A stretch of DNA of 64,000 bases from Lama glama. Lineage: Eukaryota. The notes below the pieces were generated by a model that was given only the letters and a program-made list of their open reading frames with translations, made no database searches and was not told where the DNA came from. Positions 1-12,829 of the stretch are shown here, piece by piece. Positions within the stretch are counted from its first letter, which is position 1, and every line of letters starts with the position of its first letter. The position numbers and the translations under genes are program-made. The stretch lies in NCBI GenBank assembly GCA_028534125.1, contig CM052816.1:83082001-83146000 (forward strand). Reading direction: 5' to 3'.

Positions 1-163
1 CGATGGCCATTCTGACACTATCTGCTTTTATAAATAAAGTTTTGTGTATAGCTGCCTTTGTAGCCCGAAGGCAGAATTGAGTAGTTGTGACAGAATCTAA
101 TTGGCTGAAAAAGCCTAAATTATTTACTGTCTGTTCATTTACAGGAAAAGTTTCCAATCCTCA
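1..163 (+). mobile_element. MER58A-like hAT-Charlie DNA transposon (internally deleted, cut by window edge)
   Basis: Motifs taaataaagtttt, ggcagaattgagtagttgtgacaga and aaagcctaaattatttactgtctg..tttacaggaaaagtttcc match the recalled MER58A consensus. Confidence 0.75.
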
Positions 164-1449
164 TGCTATAAGAGATTAAAAGCAGTAAGAGATTCTAGGT
201 TAAAATTGTGAGTTGAATATGTGCATATAATTTCACTTCCGCTGAAACTTTGCTGAGGTGATTAATGAAACTAGAATTTAAAAGAGAGTGAATCATAAAG
301 TAGGAAGGCAGGGAGGATAGAGGAGTCTGTTAGGCATCAACCAGATACTGGAAGCTAGAAAACAGATGGTTTGGTGGTAAAAAATTAACAGAACCAATAC
401 TGTGGAATTCTAAGCAGGAAATGGGAAAAATTGAGAAACTGAGACATAGTTTATAGTGCAGAACCCTTAAAAGTCTCATAAAATGATAGCAGCAGAAACA
501 GGGATGAGGTAAGTTGGCGATACTGATGATGATTGGCTGACCTGACTAGTAAGACAATAAAGATATGTGATCCTTTTATGTCCATGAATAATAAAGTTTG
601 GTGCCTCTCTTCAGCTGAGATTCTGGCAAGACCACATGGATTTCTGTAGAGAATCCACCCTGATAATAGGAACTCTTGCATCTGTGGAGAGCTATAAAAA
701 ACATTATTATTGGGGTTGCCTTTGGGGAGAAACTCTAGGTATTTAAGGGAAAGGACATGAGGAAGATTTATTTTTATTGGTTTGACTCCTTTTTTTACCT
801 TATGTATTTTTTTTTCCACGAGCATTTATATATCATGAGTCAAAAATCAATGATATAAAAAGCACCTCTCCAAAAGATTTTTTTCTTTTAAATAATATTT
901 TTACTACCTTTTTCAAGACGTACGCCAAAACTTGATATACTTTTATCTGGATTCTTTGCTGAAAGGACTTAGCCAACAATAGATTTTATTTTACAACGCT
1001 GAAATCAGAAGTTGTCAGACTCCCAGAAGTCCGCTGATGTGTTCCTCCTTCCCCCACCATTTTCCAATGCTCATGGTCCACTGCTAAGCTCTGTGTGTTC
1101 CAGAAATGGCTCAGTGAGAGAGAAGCAACCAAGGCTAGTTCTGGGAGATAAGAGCTATGACACTCAACTGGGAACAGAGAAGATCTGTTTCTTTCCAAGC
1201 AAAGTTTTGAAAGAAACTCAGGTATCTGCCTGTCCCCAGTTAAGCATCACATCTCTCATCTCTCAGAGTCGCCAGCCTTACACCTGAATGTTAAAGGGCA
1301 GATATATGTGTGTGTTTCTGATAAATGGTGTTCTATAAAGGAAAATTGCAGCATGCTTAAAGAACAAACATACTGGCATCAGATGAAGTCAACAAAGTCA
1401 GAAAGTGTTTCTTTGAACCTGTGACCTTAGAACAGATTATTTTAAGAGT

Positions 1450-1795
1450 GAATTGGGGGATTGGGAGGAGGGGGAGGTGGATGAAGGCAGTCAAAGGTAC
1501 AAACTTCCAGATACATAAGTCCTAGGGATGCAATATACAATATGATAAATATAATTAAAACTGCTGTATGATATATGAAAATTGTTGAGAGTAAAGCCTG
1601 AGTTCTCGTCACAAAAAATGTGTATATATATTTCTATTTCTTTAACTTTGCATCTGTATAGGATGATGGATGATCATTAAACTTACTGTGATAATCAGTT
1701 CATGATGTATGTAAGTCAAATAGTTAGGCTGTACAACTTATACAGTCCCATATGTCAATTATTTCTCAAAAAAACTGAAAGAAAAAATTAAAAAA
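1450..1795 (+). mobile_element. LINE-1 3' UTR fragment (laurasiatherian L1MA9/L1_Carn-like)
   Basis: G-rich tract, aaggtacaaacttccag, gttctcgtcacaaaaaa, and atgtcaattatttctcaaaaaaactg followed by an A-rich tail. Confidence 0.8.
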
Positions 1796-3332
1796 CCACA
1801 AAACAACAACAGTCACAAAAGATTTAACATAGGGCTTGGCACTTACTTGGATTTTAATACATATTAGTTTTCCTTTTCCTACTGTTTGGTGAACATTCAT
1901 AGTGATTTGTTCAGCCATCATGCCCTTGATTACTAGATAAATGAATTGATTGGTCTACCCAATAAAAGTTTTTATCTATCTAAAAAAAAAAAGAGTGAGT
2001 TAGAGTTTTATAATGTGGAATTACAGCAGGTAGAATTATTTCTGATAAAGGAAATAGCATGTGTAAATTATTTATGGCAGAAGACAACATGACAGTTTTG
2101 GGGATCTCAAAGAAGGCCCCTATGCTTGGTGTTGGCAAAATAAGGCAGGAAATGGTGAAATTAGGCTGGGCAGGAAACCAGGAGCCATAGGCAAAACCTG
2201 CGGAGGTGTGAAGGGTTTTCTATTTATACTGAAAACAGTAAAAGGCCATTGAACATTTTGAACAGTAGAACTACGTAGTTTGAATAATCTTTTTAAAAGA
2301 CCACCTGACAAAATTGAGGGTGGGCTACAAAAAGACAGTGTGGAGAGTGGATGTTGTTAAGCAGGTACTGCAGTAGATCAAATAAGATATTGTGATTATG
2401 CGGATTTATTGGAAAAGATGGCGACTCAGAAGACTTCCAAGACTTAAGAATTTAGGTCTGGAAGGTGGAAGTTTGATGGTGGAATTTCCAAGATAGAGAG
2501 TAGGGGGACATTTGTTGAGCAAATACATTATGTGCATTGGGGAATGGTAGGTAGATAAGAAAGTCACAGGCTCTCCATTTTCAGAATTAAAAACAAAAAA
2601 TAAAATGAGAAACAGTTGTGTTTTGGATTTTATTGCAATACATGGAACTAAGACACCATTTTGTAAGGAGTCAGGAAAGGCCTGTCTACAGAGTGATACC
2701 TAAACAGAGGCCTAAAGGATTAGAAAAAGGCAGCCCTATGAAATGTTCAGGAAAGTGTGTTCCAGGAAGCAAGGATGGACAACAGGTACTAAATGCTAAA
2801 CAGATATGACAATATGAAGCTGAAAGATATTTATAATCTTAGATATCAGAGGTGGAGAAGAAAGCATATGAGAGGTGAGAAAGAAGAAATTGATATAAAA
2901 TATGGATAAAGATTTTAGGTGCAGTTTACCATAAAAGTGTTTAAAGTGGGATATATTTGGAATACTCACTAAAAGATATTTAAATATATGACCTTACTGC
3001 TAATGGATGCATATTGTGAATACAGCTGGTGTATTAGATATTGTGCCACATAAAACATATAATTATATATACAGAAGGAAAGTATTTATGCTTTCATATA
3101 ATATAAAAATATTATTATTATAGCAATTTATAAATCTCTATGGGTGATTATAAACTTCTTCATTATAATTGTATGCATTTTACAAAATTTCCATACTAAA
3201 TCTGTATTATTTTTAGTGGTAGTTTAACGAATACCAAAAAGAAGGCTTGGAAGTTCCCAATAGGTTTTAGAAGACTTTCTAATATGATAACAGAAATGGA
3301 AATAGCTTTGTTTAAGAAGTGACTTCATTTAC

Positions 3333-3778
3333 TGCTGTGGGTTGAATTGTATCCCCTAAAAAGGTATGCTGAAGTCCTAACCCCCATACCCCAGAATATG
3401 ACCTAATTTGAAAATAGGATTGTTGCAGTTACAATTACTGAAGTTTAGATGAATTCATACTGAAGTGGGGTGAGCCCTTAATTCAGTATGATTCGTGTTC
3501 TTTTAAGAAGAGAAGACAGACATGCACAGAGGGAAGACAGTGTGAACACAGACAAGTGAGGGGAGACAAATGATGGCAGAGTGGAGACTGGTGTGATGCA
3601 GCTGCAAGCTAAGGAGCTAAGGAGACTTAAGGGTTTTACCCAGAGTTTCCGGGGATAACATAACTCAGCTAACACCTTGATTTTGGACTTCTAGAATCAA
3701 GAACTGTGAGAGAATACATTTCTGTTGTTTTAAGCCTGTACCTTGTCTATGCTAAGCCAGCCTTAGGAAACCAAAACA
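3333..3778 (+). mobile_element. MLT1 (MLT1C-like) MaLR solo LTR
   Basis: Starts tgctgtgggttgaattgtatcccc; ends with accttgattttggacttctag..aactgtgagagaatacatttctgttgttttaagcc..ggaaaccaaaaca. Confidence 0.85.
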
Positions 3779-4574
3779 ATTTTCTAGAAAATAAGCTTAG
3801 ATGGCACACCAAAACCACCTTAGTCAGGGGTCACTCTTCTTACTTAAGTAGATCACTGAGTTTGTGTCCTGATTTTAAGCAAGCAGAAAGCAAAGGCATT
3901 TTTCATACATGTGTACTTGAGTCTATGTATGTGTCTGTGTGTTTGTGAGTCTGTGTGATTGTCTGTGCAGATATGGAGCAGAAGCAGGGGTCAGAATCAG
4001 ACAGATGGGTCTTTTTCTGTTTTTCTTTTGGGACTCCATTAAAGTTTTCTGTAGCTTCTATTTATGTGGAAAGAGTAGACTTGCACATTTCAGATATTTT
4101 TAAATCAAACTGACAATGCTGGTATGAGGACCATACTCTACATATCTGATTTATAGTCCCCCAAACCTCAGCTTTATGGTCCTTTGAAACATGGACTAGT
4201 TTTAAGATTTACTGATCAAAACATAAAGAAATGCAATCATTTTCAAGATGAGAACTGTCTCTGTGACAAATCAAATAGTCCCTATTTTATAGGCATTCAA
4301 AGACTTCCCACCAATTCAGATTATTTCCCTTACAAGTTTGGAGATAACTTAGCCAAGGAAAATGAATGCTTCTAAGCTTCGGTGCTTTACTACAATTAAA
4401 TTTTTGCTGACAGTAGAGTGTGATCACTTTCTTTCCTCTTTAATAAATAGCAAGTGGAGCAAACAGAATTACTTTCCTAAACCTCTTTGGTGAAATGATG
4501 ATAATGGATTCAATCCCTTGATCAGGGTAGTGTAATGAAATAAAGCTAATTTTTTAGCTTTCCATGTGTACTCC

Positions 4575-4730
4575 TTACTTCTTCCTCCCTTCTCTTTTCC
4601 TTAGTTTCTTCTCCGCTTCTCTTTTCTTCCTCCCTCTCTCCACTGTCTCCACCCCTCCCCCATAAGCCTTCTCCTCTTATCTCTCTCCTACTCAACCTAT
4701 TGTCACTTTAATCTCTCTCATGTAATCTCT
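4575..4730. repeat. CT-rich polypyrimidine low-complexity tract
   Basis: About 150 bp that is almost all C/T on the + strand. Confidence 0.7.
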
Positions 4731-5336
4731 CTAATGTCACCCGTATTTTAACATGTGACACTATTTTGGTCTTCAGAATATCGTACCAGTCCTGTATAAG
4801 TAAATGAGAAAAGGTCGCCAAGCTTTTTTCCTATTATCTTAGAAATATATTTAACTTAATGTCAGTTAAATTATGGATATGCATAGTGATTTAATACATT
4901 TCAAGATTTCTTATGTAAATGGTTTTGTTGCTTTAAAATGTAAATATTACACATTAAAAATGCATTAGGAAAGTCTTATAAGCAGTAGAATTTGTATGTT
5001 TTTACTTCCTAAAAATGAATATGTCTGATTTTTATACTGACAGTGCACTCAGACAACACAATTACTGTTTTAAACAGCTGGATGACAGATTTACAGCCTA
5101 ATGAAATAATTTTGTTTTTAAAAGTATTTCTGTATCAGTGTTATACTTAGGAAGATATACTGAGTTTTCACATCTATATCAGCAGCGGGAACTCTTCTTA
5201 CTGTCTTGGAGTTTAGTGACCCCAGCAGACAACTAAACAGAACAGTACAAGGATTCATGCAAGAGATCTCAAAGGTGCAAACAAAAATACCAAATTTCTC
5301 AGGAGTCATCTGAGGTGGCCACAACCATCATAAAAA

Positions 5337-5836
5337 NNNNNNNNNNNNNNNNNNNNNNNNNNNNNNNNNNNNNNNNNNNNNNNNNNNNNNNNNNNNNNNN
5401 NNNNNNNNNNNNNNNNNNNNNNNNNNNNNNNNNNNNNNNNNNNNNNNNNNNNNNNNNNNNNNNNNNNNNNNNNNNNNNNNNNNNNNNNNNNNNNNNNNNN
5501 NNNNNNNNNNNNNNNNNNNNNNNNNNNNNNNNNNNNNNNNNNNNNNNNNNNNNNNNNNNNNNNNNNNNNNNNNNNNNNNNNNNNNNNNNNNNNNNNNNNN
5601 NNNNNNNNNNNNNNNNNNNNNNNNNNNNNNNNNNNNNNNNNNNNNNNNNNNNNNNNNNNNNNNNNNNNNNNNNNNNNNNNNNNNNNNNNNNNNNNNNNNN
5701 NNNNNNNNNNNNNNNNNNNNNNNNNNNNNNNNNNNNNNNNNNNNNNNNNNNNNNNNNNNNNNNNNNNNNNNNNNNNNNNNNNNNNNNNNNNNNNNNNNNN
5801 NNNNNNNNNNNNNNNNNNNNNNNNNNNNNNNNNNNN
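5337..5836. other. Assembly gap (500 N)
   Basis: Exactly 500 N, likely a fixed-size scaffold join; it produces the X-filled ORFs. Confidence 0.99.
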
Positions 5837-5935
5837 AGTTGTCAAAAAACATAGCAAATCTTCATTTGAAATAGACTAAAGCTAGAAAGAGGAAAAATTC
5901 CATATGCTTTTAGCCTCATCACAATGCCATCAGTC

Positions 5936-6050
5936 CAGACCTGCACTATCCAATATGGTAACCATAAGGCAACTGGCTACCTTACTGGGCAATACAGAAT
6001 AGAACAATTCCATTATTGTAGAAAGTTCCTTTGGGCAAAACTGGTCCAGA
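5936..6050. mobile_element. MER3-like hAT-Charlie fragment
   Basis: gcactatccaatatggtaacca...atagaacaattccattattgtagaaagttc resembles MER3 ends. Confidence 0.55.
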
Positions 6051-6459
6051 TGTTGTGACCTATGAGCATATAATCAAATGATAATAATGCTTTTCAATTC
6101 AAAAGATTTTCTCAATGCCACACTTAATTATGGGTTATTTTTCCCCTCTGAGGAACTAATCCATTCAAAGATTAGACAAATGTGTGTTCTAGAAATTAAG
6201 AATTTCTTTTCTGTCAGGGGAATGACTCTTGTGACATCTGTCTGCACTCATTGGCCTGCATTAGTTATATGGCCAAGCCTGACTTTAAGGAGATCATAAG
6301 TGCAATGTTAATATATACTCAGAAAGAGGAAGAAAAGAAAAATTTGTGAGTAATCTACTAAATCTCATAAAGTTTTGCACATTTCTTATTAAGATTATTC
6401 ACAAGTATTTAACCTTTTGTTGCTATATGTGGTCATTGTTTATCCACATTGCCTAAAAT

Positions 6460-7360
6460 AAAATATGGTCAGAGATTTGGGTCTACTCTAATTTATGGGA
6501 AGCAGCCAACAATTTTACTTGATGGTCAAGTGCACAAATGGAACAAGCTTGGAATATATATGGCAAAAACCTCTCAGGGAGAATTATACGGATGAACTTC
6601 TCAAAATGAGCCAAGATGGTGACAATATCTATTTTCTGTGTCAAGGCTCATCAGAAGACATCCACTGCAGAGGAGTATCAGGTAGCCAATATGACTTTTC
6701 CTGCAGATGTCTATCAGCCTTCTTCCCCAGCCACCCTATACTTGCTCAAGGAGCCTATATACCATGTGGATTTGGGGTAGGGGTAGAAGCTATGCTTAAA
6801 CTCAAGAATATGAATTATCCCTACAACTGGTCTGGCCATCAGCATTGCTGAGTGGCTCCCTTCCAACAGCAGAAACCAATACTGAGTCTCTTATGTTATT
6901 CTCTTGGGTGAAGCAGCCCTCCATCTGTTGTTAGGTTGATTACATTGGAATCCTTCCATTATGGATAGACAAATTTATCTTCACTGGACTAGACAAGTAT
7001 TCAGGGAATGGATTTGATTTTCCTCTTCAAAGTGCTGCTGGCAGCATCACCATCTGTGGACTTATGGAATGCCTTACTCACTCTATTACTGTCCAACACA
7101 ACATTGCTTCTGAAAAAGAAATGCATTTCACACGAAAAGAAAGCCAGCATTGGACTCATACCCATGCACTCAACTTTCCTGCTAGAATGATGTAATGGCC
7201 TACTAAGGGTGTAATTGTAGTATACAGAGACAATAGAGAAATGTTGGAGTCATATCTTACAGGAGCTAGCATATGTTTTGAGCCTACTACCAATATATGT
7301 TGCTCTTTCCCTTATAGCCAGAATATGCAGGTCTGGAAACCAAGTAAGAGTGACTCCTTT
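6460..7360 (+). mobile_element. ERVL internal pol remnant (RNase H to integrase core), disrupted
   Basis: Manual translation gives WSEIWVYSNLWEAANNFT*WS (cf. ERVL WPEVRLYTDSWAVANGLAGWS), VKAHQKTSTAEE, VDYIGILP, TGLDKYSGNGF and TICGLMECL, with stops and frameshifts. Confidence 0.85.
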
Positions 7361-7364
7361 TGCA

Positions 7365-8575
7365 TTTTATTTATTTTTATCAACTGTACTGAAGTATAAT
7401 TTCTCTGCAAAAAACTGTGTCCCTTTATACTCTATGTTTTGTTGAGTTTCAACAGATACTTAACCCAAATATCCACTGTTGCAGTCAAGACAGAAAATTT
7501 CCATGAACTCTTTATGCCCCTTTGCAGTCATGCCTCAATCTACTACTGGCTTAAGGAAAGCATTGTTTTGTTTCTATAACTATAGAACATTTGAAATTTC
7601 TAGAATTTTTTTTTTGTAGTTTAGTTAATGTTGCTGTATTTTTAGTAGCTTTTTCCTTTTTAATTTCTGATTAATAATCCATGTATTATAGAAAAGCAAT
7701 AATGTATTGTCCATTCTCTTGTTGATGGACATTTGGTTCACATACAGTTTGGAGCTATATTGTATCAAAATTCTATAAATATTCATATACAATTCTTTGT
7801 GTAGACACCTGTTTTCATTTTCTTTGGGTGAGTTGATTGTATGTAGGGTAAATACATGCTTATGTTCTTGAGGAACTGCCAAGAAAGTTTCTCACAGTGA
7901 TTGTACATGAGAGTTATTGTCACTCTATATCCTCACTGCTGCTTGATATTGTCAGTATTTTTACTTTTAGCCAGTCTAACAGATAAGCATTGATATCTCA
8001 GTTTGATTTTAACTTGCATTTTCCTGATAACTGAAAATGCTGAACACCTTTTCATGTGATTATTGGCCTTTGAATATCTTATTTGGGGAGTGTCCATATC
8101 TTTTGTCAGTTTTTCAATTAAGTTATTTATCTTCCTGTTACTGAGTTGTAAATATTCTTTCTGTATTCTAAAAACAAATCCTTTGTTAGTCATGTGTGTC
8201 ACAAATATTCCCTCTTGTTCTGTTACATTAACCATTTATTTGAAAAACAGATATTTTAATTTTTATGAAGTCTAATGTCTATCACTTTATGGTTTATGTT
8301 TTTCTGTGTTGTAAGTAAGAAATATTTTACTACATCAACATTGAAAATATTTTCTACTGTGTTTTCTTCTAAAAGTTTTATGATTTTAATTCTGACTTTT
8401 GTTCTCATTCATTTTTATTTAATTTTTGTATATGATATGAGATAAGAGGCAGAGTTCAGCTTACTTTCCATATAGATAGCTAGTTGTTCCAACACAATTT
8501 TTTGAAACAGTTTTATTTATTTATCTTAGTACTTTATTTGAAAATCAATTAACCATACTGTATAGATTGAATTTT
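7365..8575 (-). mobile_element. Old LINE-1 (L1ME/L1MC-type) ORF2 C-terminus plus 3' UTR
   Basis: ORF 7933-8235(-) NKGFVFRIQKEYLQL..HMKRCS..IRKMQVK is L1 ORF2 C-terminus; T-rich tail near 7365. Confidence 0.85.
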
Positions 8576-8789
8576 TATCTCTTTTTTGGGCAGTATAATT
8601 GGGGGGGAATTTATTGACTACCCTAACTCAGTGAGATATGTAATATTTTATTAAATGTGCTGTTTTATTCTATTTGCTTACATTGTCTTGAAGATTTTAG
8701 AGGCTATTTTCCAGTAATATATGTATTTGATATACTACCTATATTTATCTATATCAGGATGTCTCTGGTTTTGGTTTTCATATCTCCTG

Positions 8790-9240
8790 TCCCTGTGGCC
8801 ATAGGAGGTAATGCAGGTTCTTTAAGGGTCAGATATAGGAGCTTTCAAGTCTTTTAATGCAGAGTTTGAGCTGGGAATTTGAAGCCCTAAGCTCATCCTT
8901 TTCTTTCTCTACTTTCTCCAGAGGAGTTAGGAACAACCAGCCAATCCCTTTATACTCTTTAGTTAGACTAAAATGTTCTAAGATAATGAAATATGCGGTC
9001 ACCAGAACCTTGCCTTCTATAGGTTTGGTTAGGAATAACCAGTGTTGACATTTTGTGTGTCTCTGTTGTTGCACTATACCATGCACCATGGCTACCAGTG
9101 CTGCCTTTACCACCAGAAGTAGAGTCATTAGTGCCTACAAATCTAATTAAATTAGAGAACCAATTCAGAAAACCTAGAACTAATTAAAGCAATTATCCTT
9201 AATATTCTGTTCTTTGAGAATCCTTGTCATTATCAAAATC
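8790..9240 (-). mobile_element. ERVL internal 5' region / gag N-terminus remnant
   Basis: ORF 8829-9128(-) contains GWLFLTPLEKVEKEKDELRASNSQLK, typical of ERVL gag N-terminus; abuts the MLT2 LTR. Confidence 0.8.
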
Positions 9241-9642
9241 TGAATCAGTCAGGTTTTGACTAGAGAAACATAACCAATAGGAGAAATATATTTAGAGATT
9301 TATTGCAGAGAATAGATTACAGGGTTATGGAGGCTGTCTGGGCAAATCTGAAACCATAGGACAGGCTCTCAGAAGGGGCAGGCTGGACTCAGGCACTGGT
9401 TGAGGCTGTTAACCACAGGCAGAATTTCTTCTTCAAGGAAGTCTCAGCTCTACTCTTAAGGCATTTCAAAGGGCTGCATTAAGACATACAAAATATATAG
9501 GATAATCTCCTTTATTTAAAAGCTGATTATGGACTTTGAGCGTGACAACAAAATGCTTTCATAGCAACACTTCTAGCATTTGACTGAATAACTGGGGACT
9601 GCAGCCTAGTAAAGTTGACACATGAGAAAAATATACTATCCA
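9241..9642 (-). mobile_element. MLT2 (MLT2C/D-like) ERVL 5' LTR
   Basis: tagagaaacataaccaatagga, gagatttattgca, ggataatctcctttatttaaa and gcctagtaaagttgacacat are MLT2 antisense hallmarks. Confidence 0.8.
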
Positions 9643-9726
9643 TGAAATATACCATTTTCATTGTGTTGTTTGTTTTCTGTAATATTAAATTTTTGCCTTG
9701 ATCTATCTTTCATTGAGAAAAGTATT

Positions 9727-10104
9727 TTTATTAGTTAATTATTTCTGTGTAACAATGGCTGGGGTCTCATCTGAAAGCTAAGCAGAGTAAGGAACTACCA
9801 AGCTCATTTACATAGTTTTTGGCAGGCTTCAGTTCCTTTTAGATTCTTTTACTGAAGGTGTCAATTGTTACGTGGACTTCCCTAACATGGCAACATGTTT
9901 CATGAAGGTCAGCAAGGAAGGTATATGCTGCAAGGCAGAAGTCGGGATCTTGTAAACTGATTAGGGAACTGACATTTACCCAGCCTTAACATTGAGATAT
10001 TCGGTATGTTAGAAGAAAGTTCTTTAAGGAGATAGAATCATAGAAGGCTGTGAATACCAGGATGTGGGCATCATTGGTGGCCATCTTAGACACAGCCTAC
10101 CATA
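9727..10104 (-). mobile_element. MLT1F/G-like MaLR LTR (deleted)
   Basis: ggcaggcttcagttcc and gtgaataccaggatgtgggcatcattggtggccatcttag..gcctaccata. Confidence 0.7.
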
Positions 10105-11101
10105 GGTATATAGTTATTTCTTGTTATTAGTATATGTCTATCTAATTCTCCATGAATTGTCTGCAGTTTCTTTTGTGAAACTCTTTCTTACATATTTTTA
10201 TAATTATTTTATCTCTGTGTGTACAACATGAGCCACTTTCCCCTTCTATCTCAGGTAAAGGTTATCTTCTTCTGAACAGAATTTTATCTGTGGTAAATAA
10301 TTATTAAAACATACAGCTTAACTTTAAATATTTAGGTACTCCGGAAATGAAAAAATACTTAAGGTTTCCAAATTTTGAAAGCACATTTAGCTAGAACTTT
10401 TACACTCAGAACTTTATATGTACTCCACCACATGACACTTATTTGTCTTCCAAAAATTGGTCTTTTATATATGTTGTAATGATGTTTTATTTCTCAATTA
10501 AATAATTTTTATTGTTTTGTTTGAATGTCTTGTACACCTGAACCTTATGCAATGTACATCATTAAAAGTATTATTAGATTGCACAAATCAGAGAGTATAG
10601 AATTTGATAATAATCAAAGTGGAGAATTATTGAGACCACAAATTTTCAAACATTTATTTTAAGCAAATTCCTCCTTTAGTACATTATTTTAAGGAAGGAA
10701 AAAAGACTTGGCTTTTTAAAAACTTTATTATTATCACTCCCTCTCACATATAAAGTCTTTATATTTTTTATCCTTTATACACTCCTGTAGAAGAAATTGG
10801 TGCAGTAAGGTTTAAAACAGATTCCTACTACACTCCCTGCCCTTCTCACATTTAAAACTTTGATATCTTTCTCCTCTGCGAAAGTTGCTGACTGCCCGTC
10901 TACTGGGAACTCAGAGCGGTCATCAGACCTTCCACCATCCCCAAAATTACCACCCCATGTACGTCTTCTGCAAATAGTTCGGTCTACAGTTCTAATGTCT
11001 TTGTCTTCCATTAGTTGATAATCTAGTTCATGTCATCTATGGGAGTGTATGGTTGCCACTTCAGGGTGTGCCGTCTTATCATTACCAAACTCAAAGGCTT
11101 G

Positions 11102-11496
11102 TGCTGTGAGTGGTACTGTATTCCCCAAAATTCAAAGCTTGAAGCCCTGACCTCCAATATGACTATATTTGGAGATAGAGCTTTCAGAAGGTGATTAAGG
11201 CTGAATGAGGTCTTAAGAGCCAGGTCTTAATCTGATAGGGTTGGTGAATATATAAGAAGAGGAAGAGACAGAAATCCCTGTCTCTGTGTGTGCACATGCA
11301 ATGAGGAAAAGCTACGTGAGCACAGGTTCAGAAGGCAGCCATCTACAAGCCAGGAAGGGAGCTCTCACCAGGAAACAAATAGGCCCACATCTTGATCTCA
11401 GACTTCCAGCCTCCAGAGCTGTGAGAAATGAATTTCTGCTGTTTAAACCACCCCGTTTATGCCGTTTTGTTATGGCAGCCTTAGCAGAATAAGATA
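11102..11496 (+). mobile_element. MLT1B-like MaLR solo LTR
   Basis: ccccaaaattc, atttggagatagagc, cttgatctcagacttccagcctccagagctgtgagaaat; near 5-bp TSD gcttg/gcatg. Confidence 0.85.
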
Positions 11497-12829
11497 GCAT
11501 GTACCCTGGGACTAGAGAGATACATCTGCCATCCTGACGACACCCTGTTCCTAACAGCTACATCGACTTACTTTTACCCCTCAGGCCTGAGAACAGTACA
11601 TGAATTCTATTTTAGCCACTAGTCTTCATGGTGGATCAAGTATGACGTGATTTACATAAAGACAAAAACAAAGCAGACAAAGAATACAGTTCCATACACA
11701 GACAGATACACAAAGCTGAAAATACATCATAGTTCTCCCCATCAGAGGGCTCTGTATCAGATACCTGGGCCTTGAGTCCACCATCTTCCAATAATTCCAT
11801 CCATGTGGACTGGTGACTCCTGTCTTTAATAAACTGGCTTAGCTTTTCTTACAAAGTTTTCAGACAACTTTTGCCCTCTGCAAGCACTTCTGAAAACTGT
11901 AGATATGTGCCTGTTTACCCAGTGGGCATAAATAACTGGTAACAATCTCAGAAAATTCCTGTGTACTTAGTAGTGGGTGGTTGATACCACAATAATGTCT
12001 TCTCTTTATCAGGTGCTTATCAGGCCTGAAGTCTGTCCTTCCAGGAAATTACATATACTTTCATTTTACAGTGAATACAAGTAATATGCATACATTTAGG
12101 AACCATTCAATATAATAAAGCCAAATTATATGTGGCTTTCATCTGGTTCTCCTAGGTTTTTATACATTTTAAATCATAGTAATATCTTTTTAATGATTCA
12201 CAGAAATATATAAAAGTAGATTTTAGTTTTCTGTTTTTTTCTACTTAAAACATTAAAGCACTATGGATGATTTTTGTTTCTATTTTCTTTAAATCTCCTT
12301 AAAACACTAATATGAATGTACAATTTATCAGCAATTTCATGTAAAACATCTTAAAGTATTAATTATTTTCAAGAAACACAAACTAGGATCTATATATAGC
12401 ACAACTAAATTCCTTTCTGTATTTTTTTTTGGTTCTTTGTACACACAGAGTTATTTATGCTTAATCTTGATATTAAAATTAAAAGATCTTCCTAATGTAG
12501 ATGAACTGGGTGATTATGTCATCACCCTTAGATAATATAATAAGAATATCTTAGTAAGTTTTAAGTTTATTCCAGTATCTTGAGATACCAAATGCATGTT
12601 AGCTCATAAATTATTAACAAAAATATAGAACTCCATAGCCATTGAACTTCAATAAAATAGCAGAAAAAGACTATATATACTTTACCTAATATATGCTGCA
12701 ATAAATGAGATTTTTTAAACTTGTTATTGTCTTAACACAATTATCAATATTTTTTGCATACAAGGCTACAATATTCAGTGTATTAGGATTCATTCTGCTT
12801 TATTTTCAAAGATGCATTATTATTAATAT

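Noticed and set aside
5306..5857. Three long ORFs of 174-183 aa
   Set aside because: They consist of X residues across the 500-N assembly gap
12001..12047. Two GATA sites plus GAS TTCCAGGAA
   Set aside because: Short motifs without supporting context; other GAS 9-mers at 2760 and 48331 show they occur at background frequency
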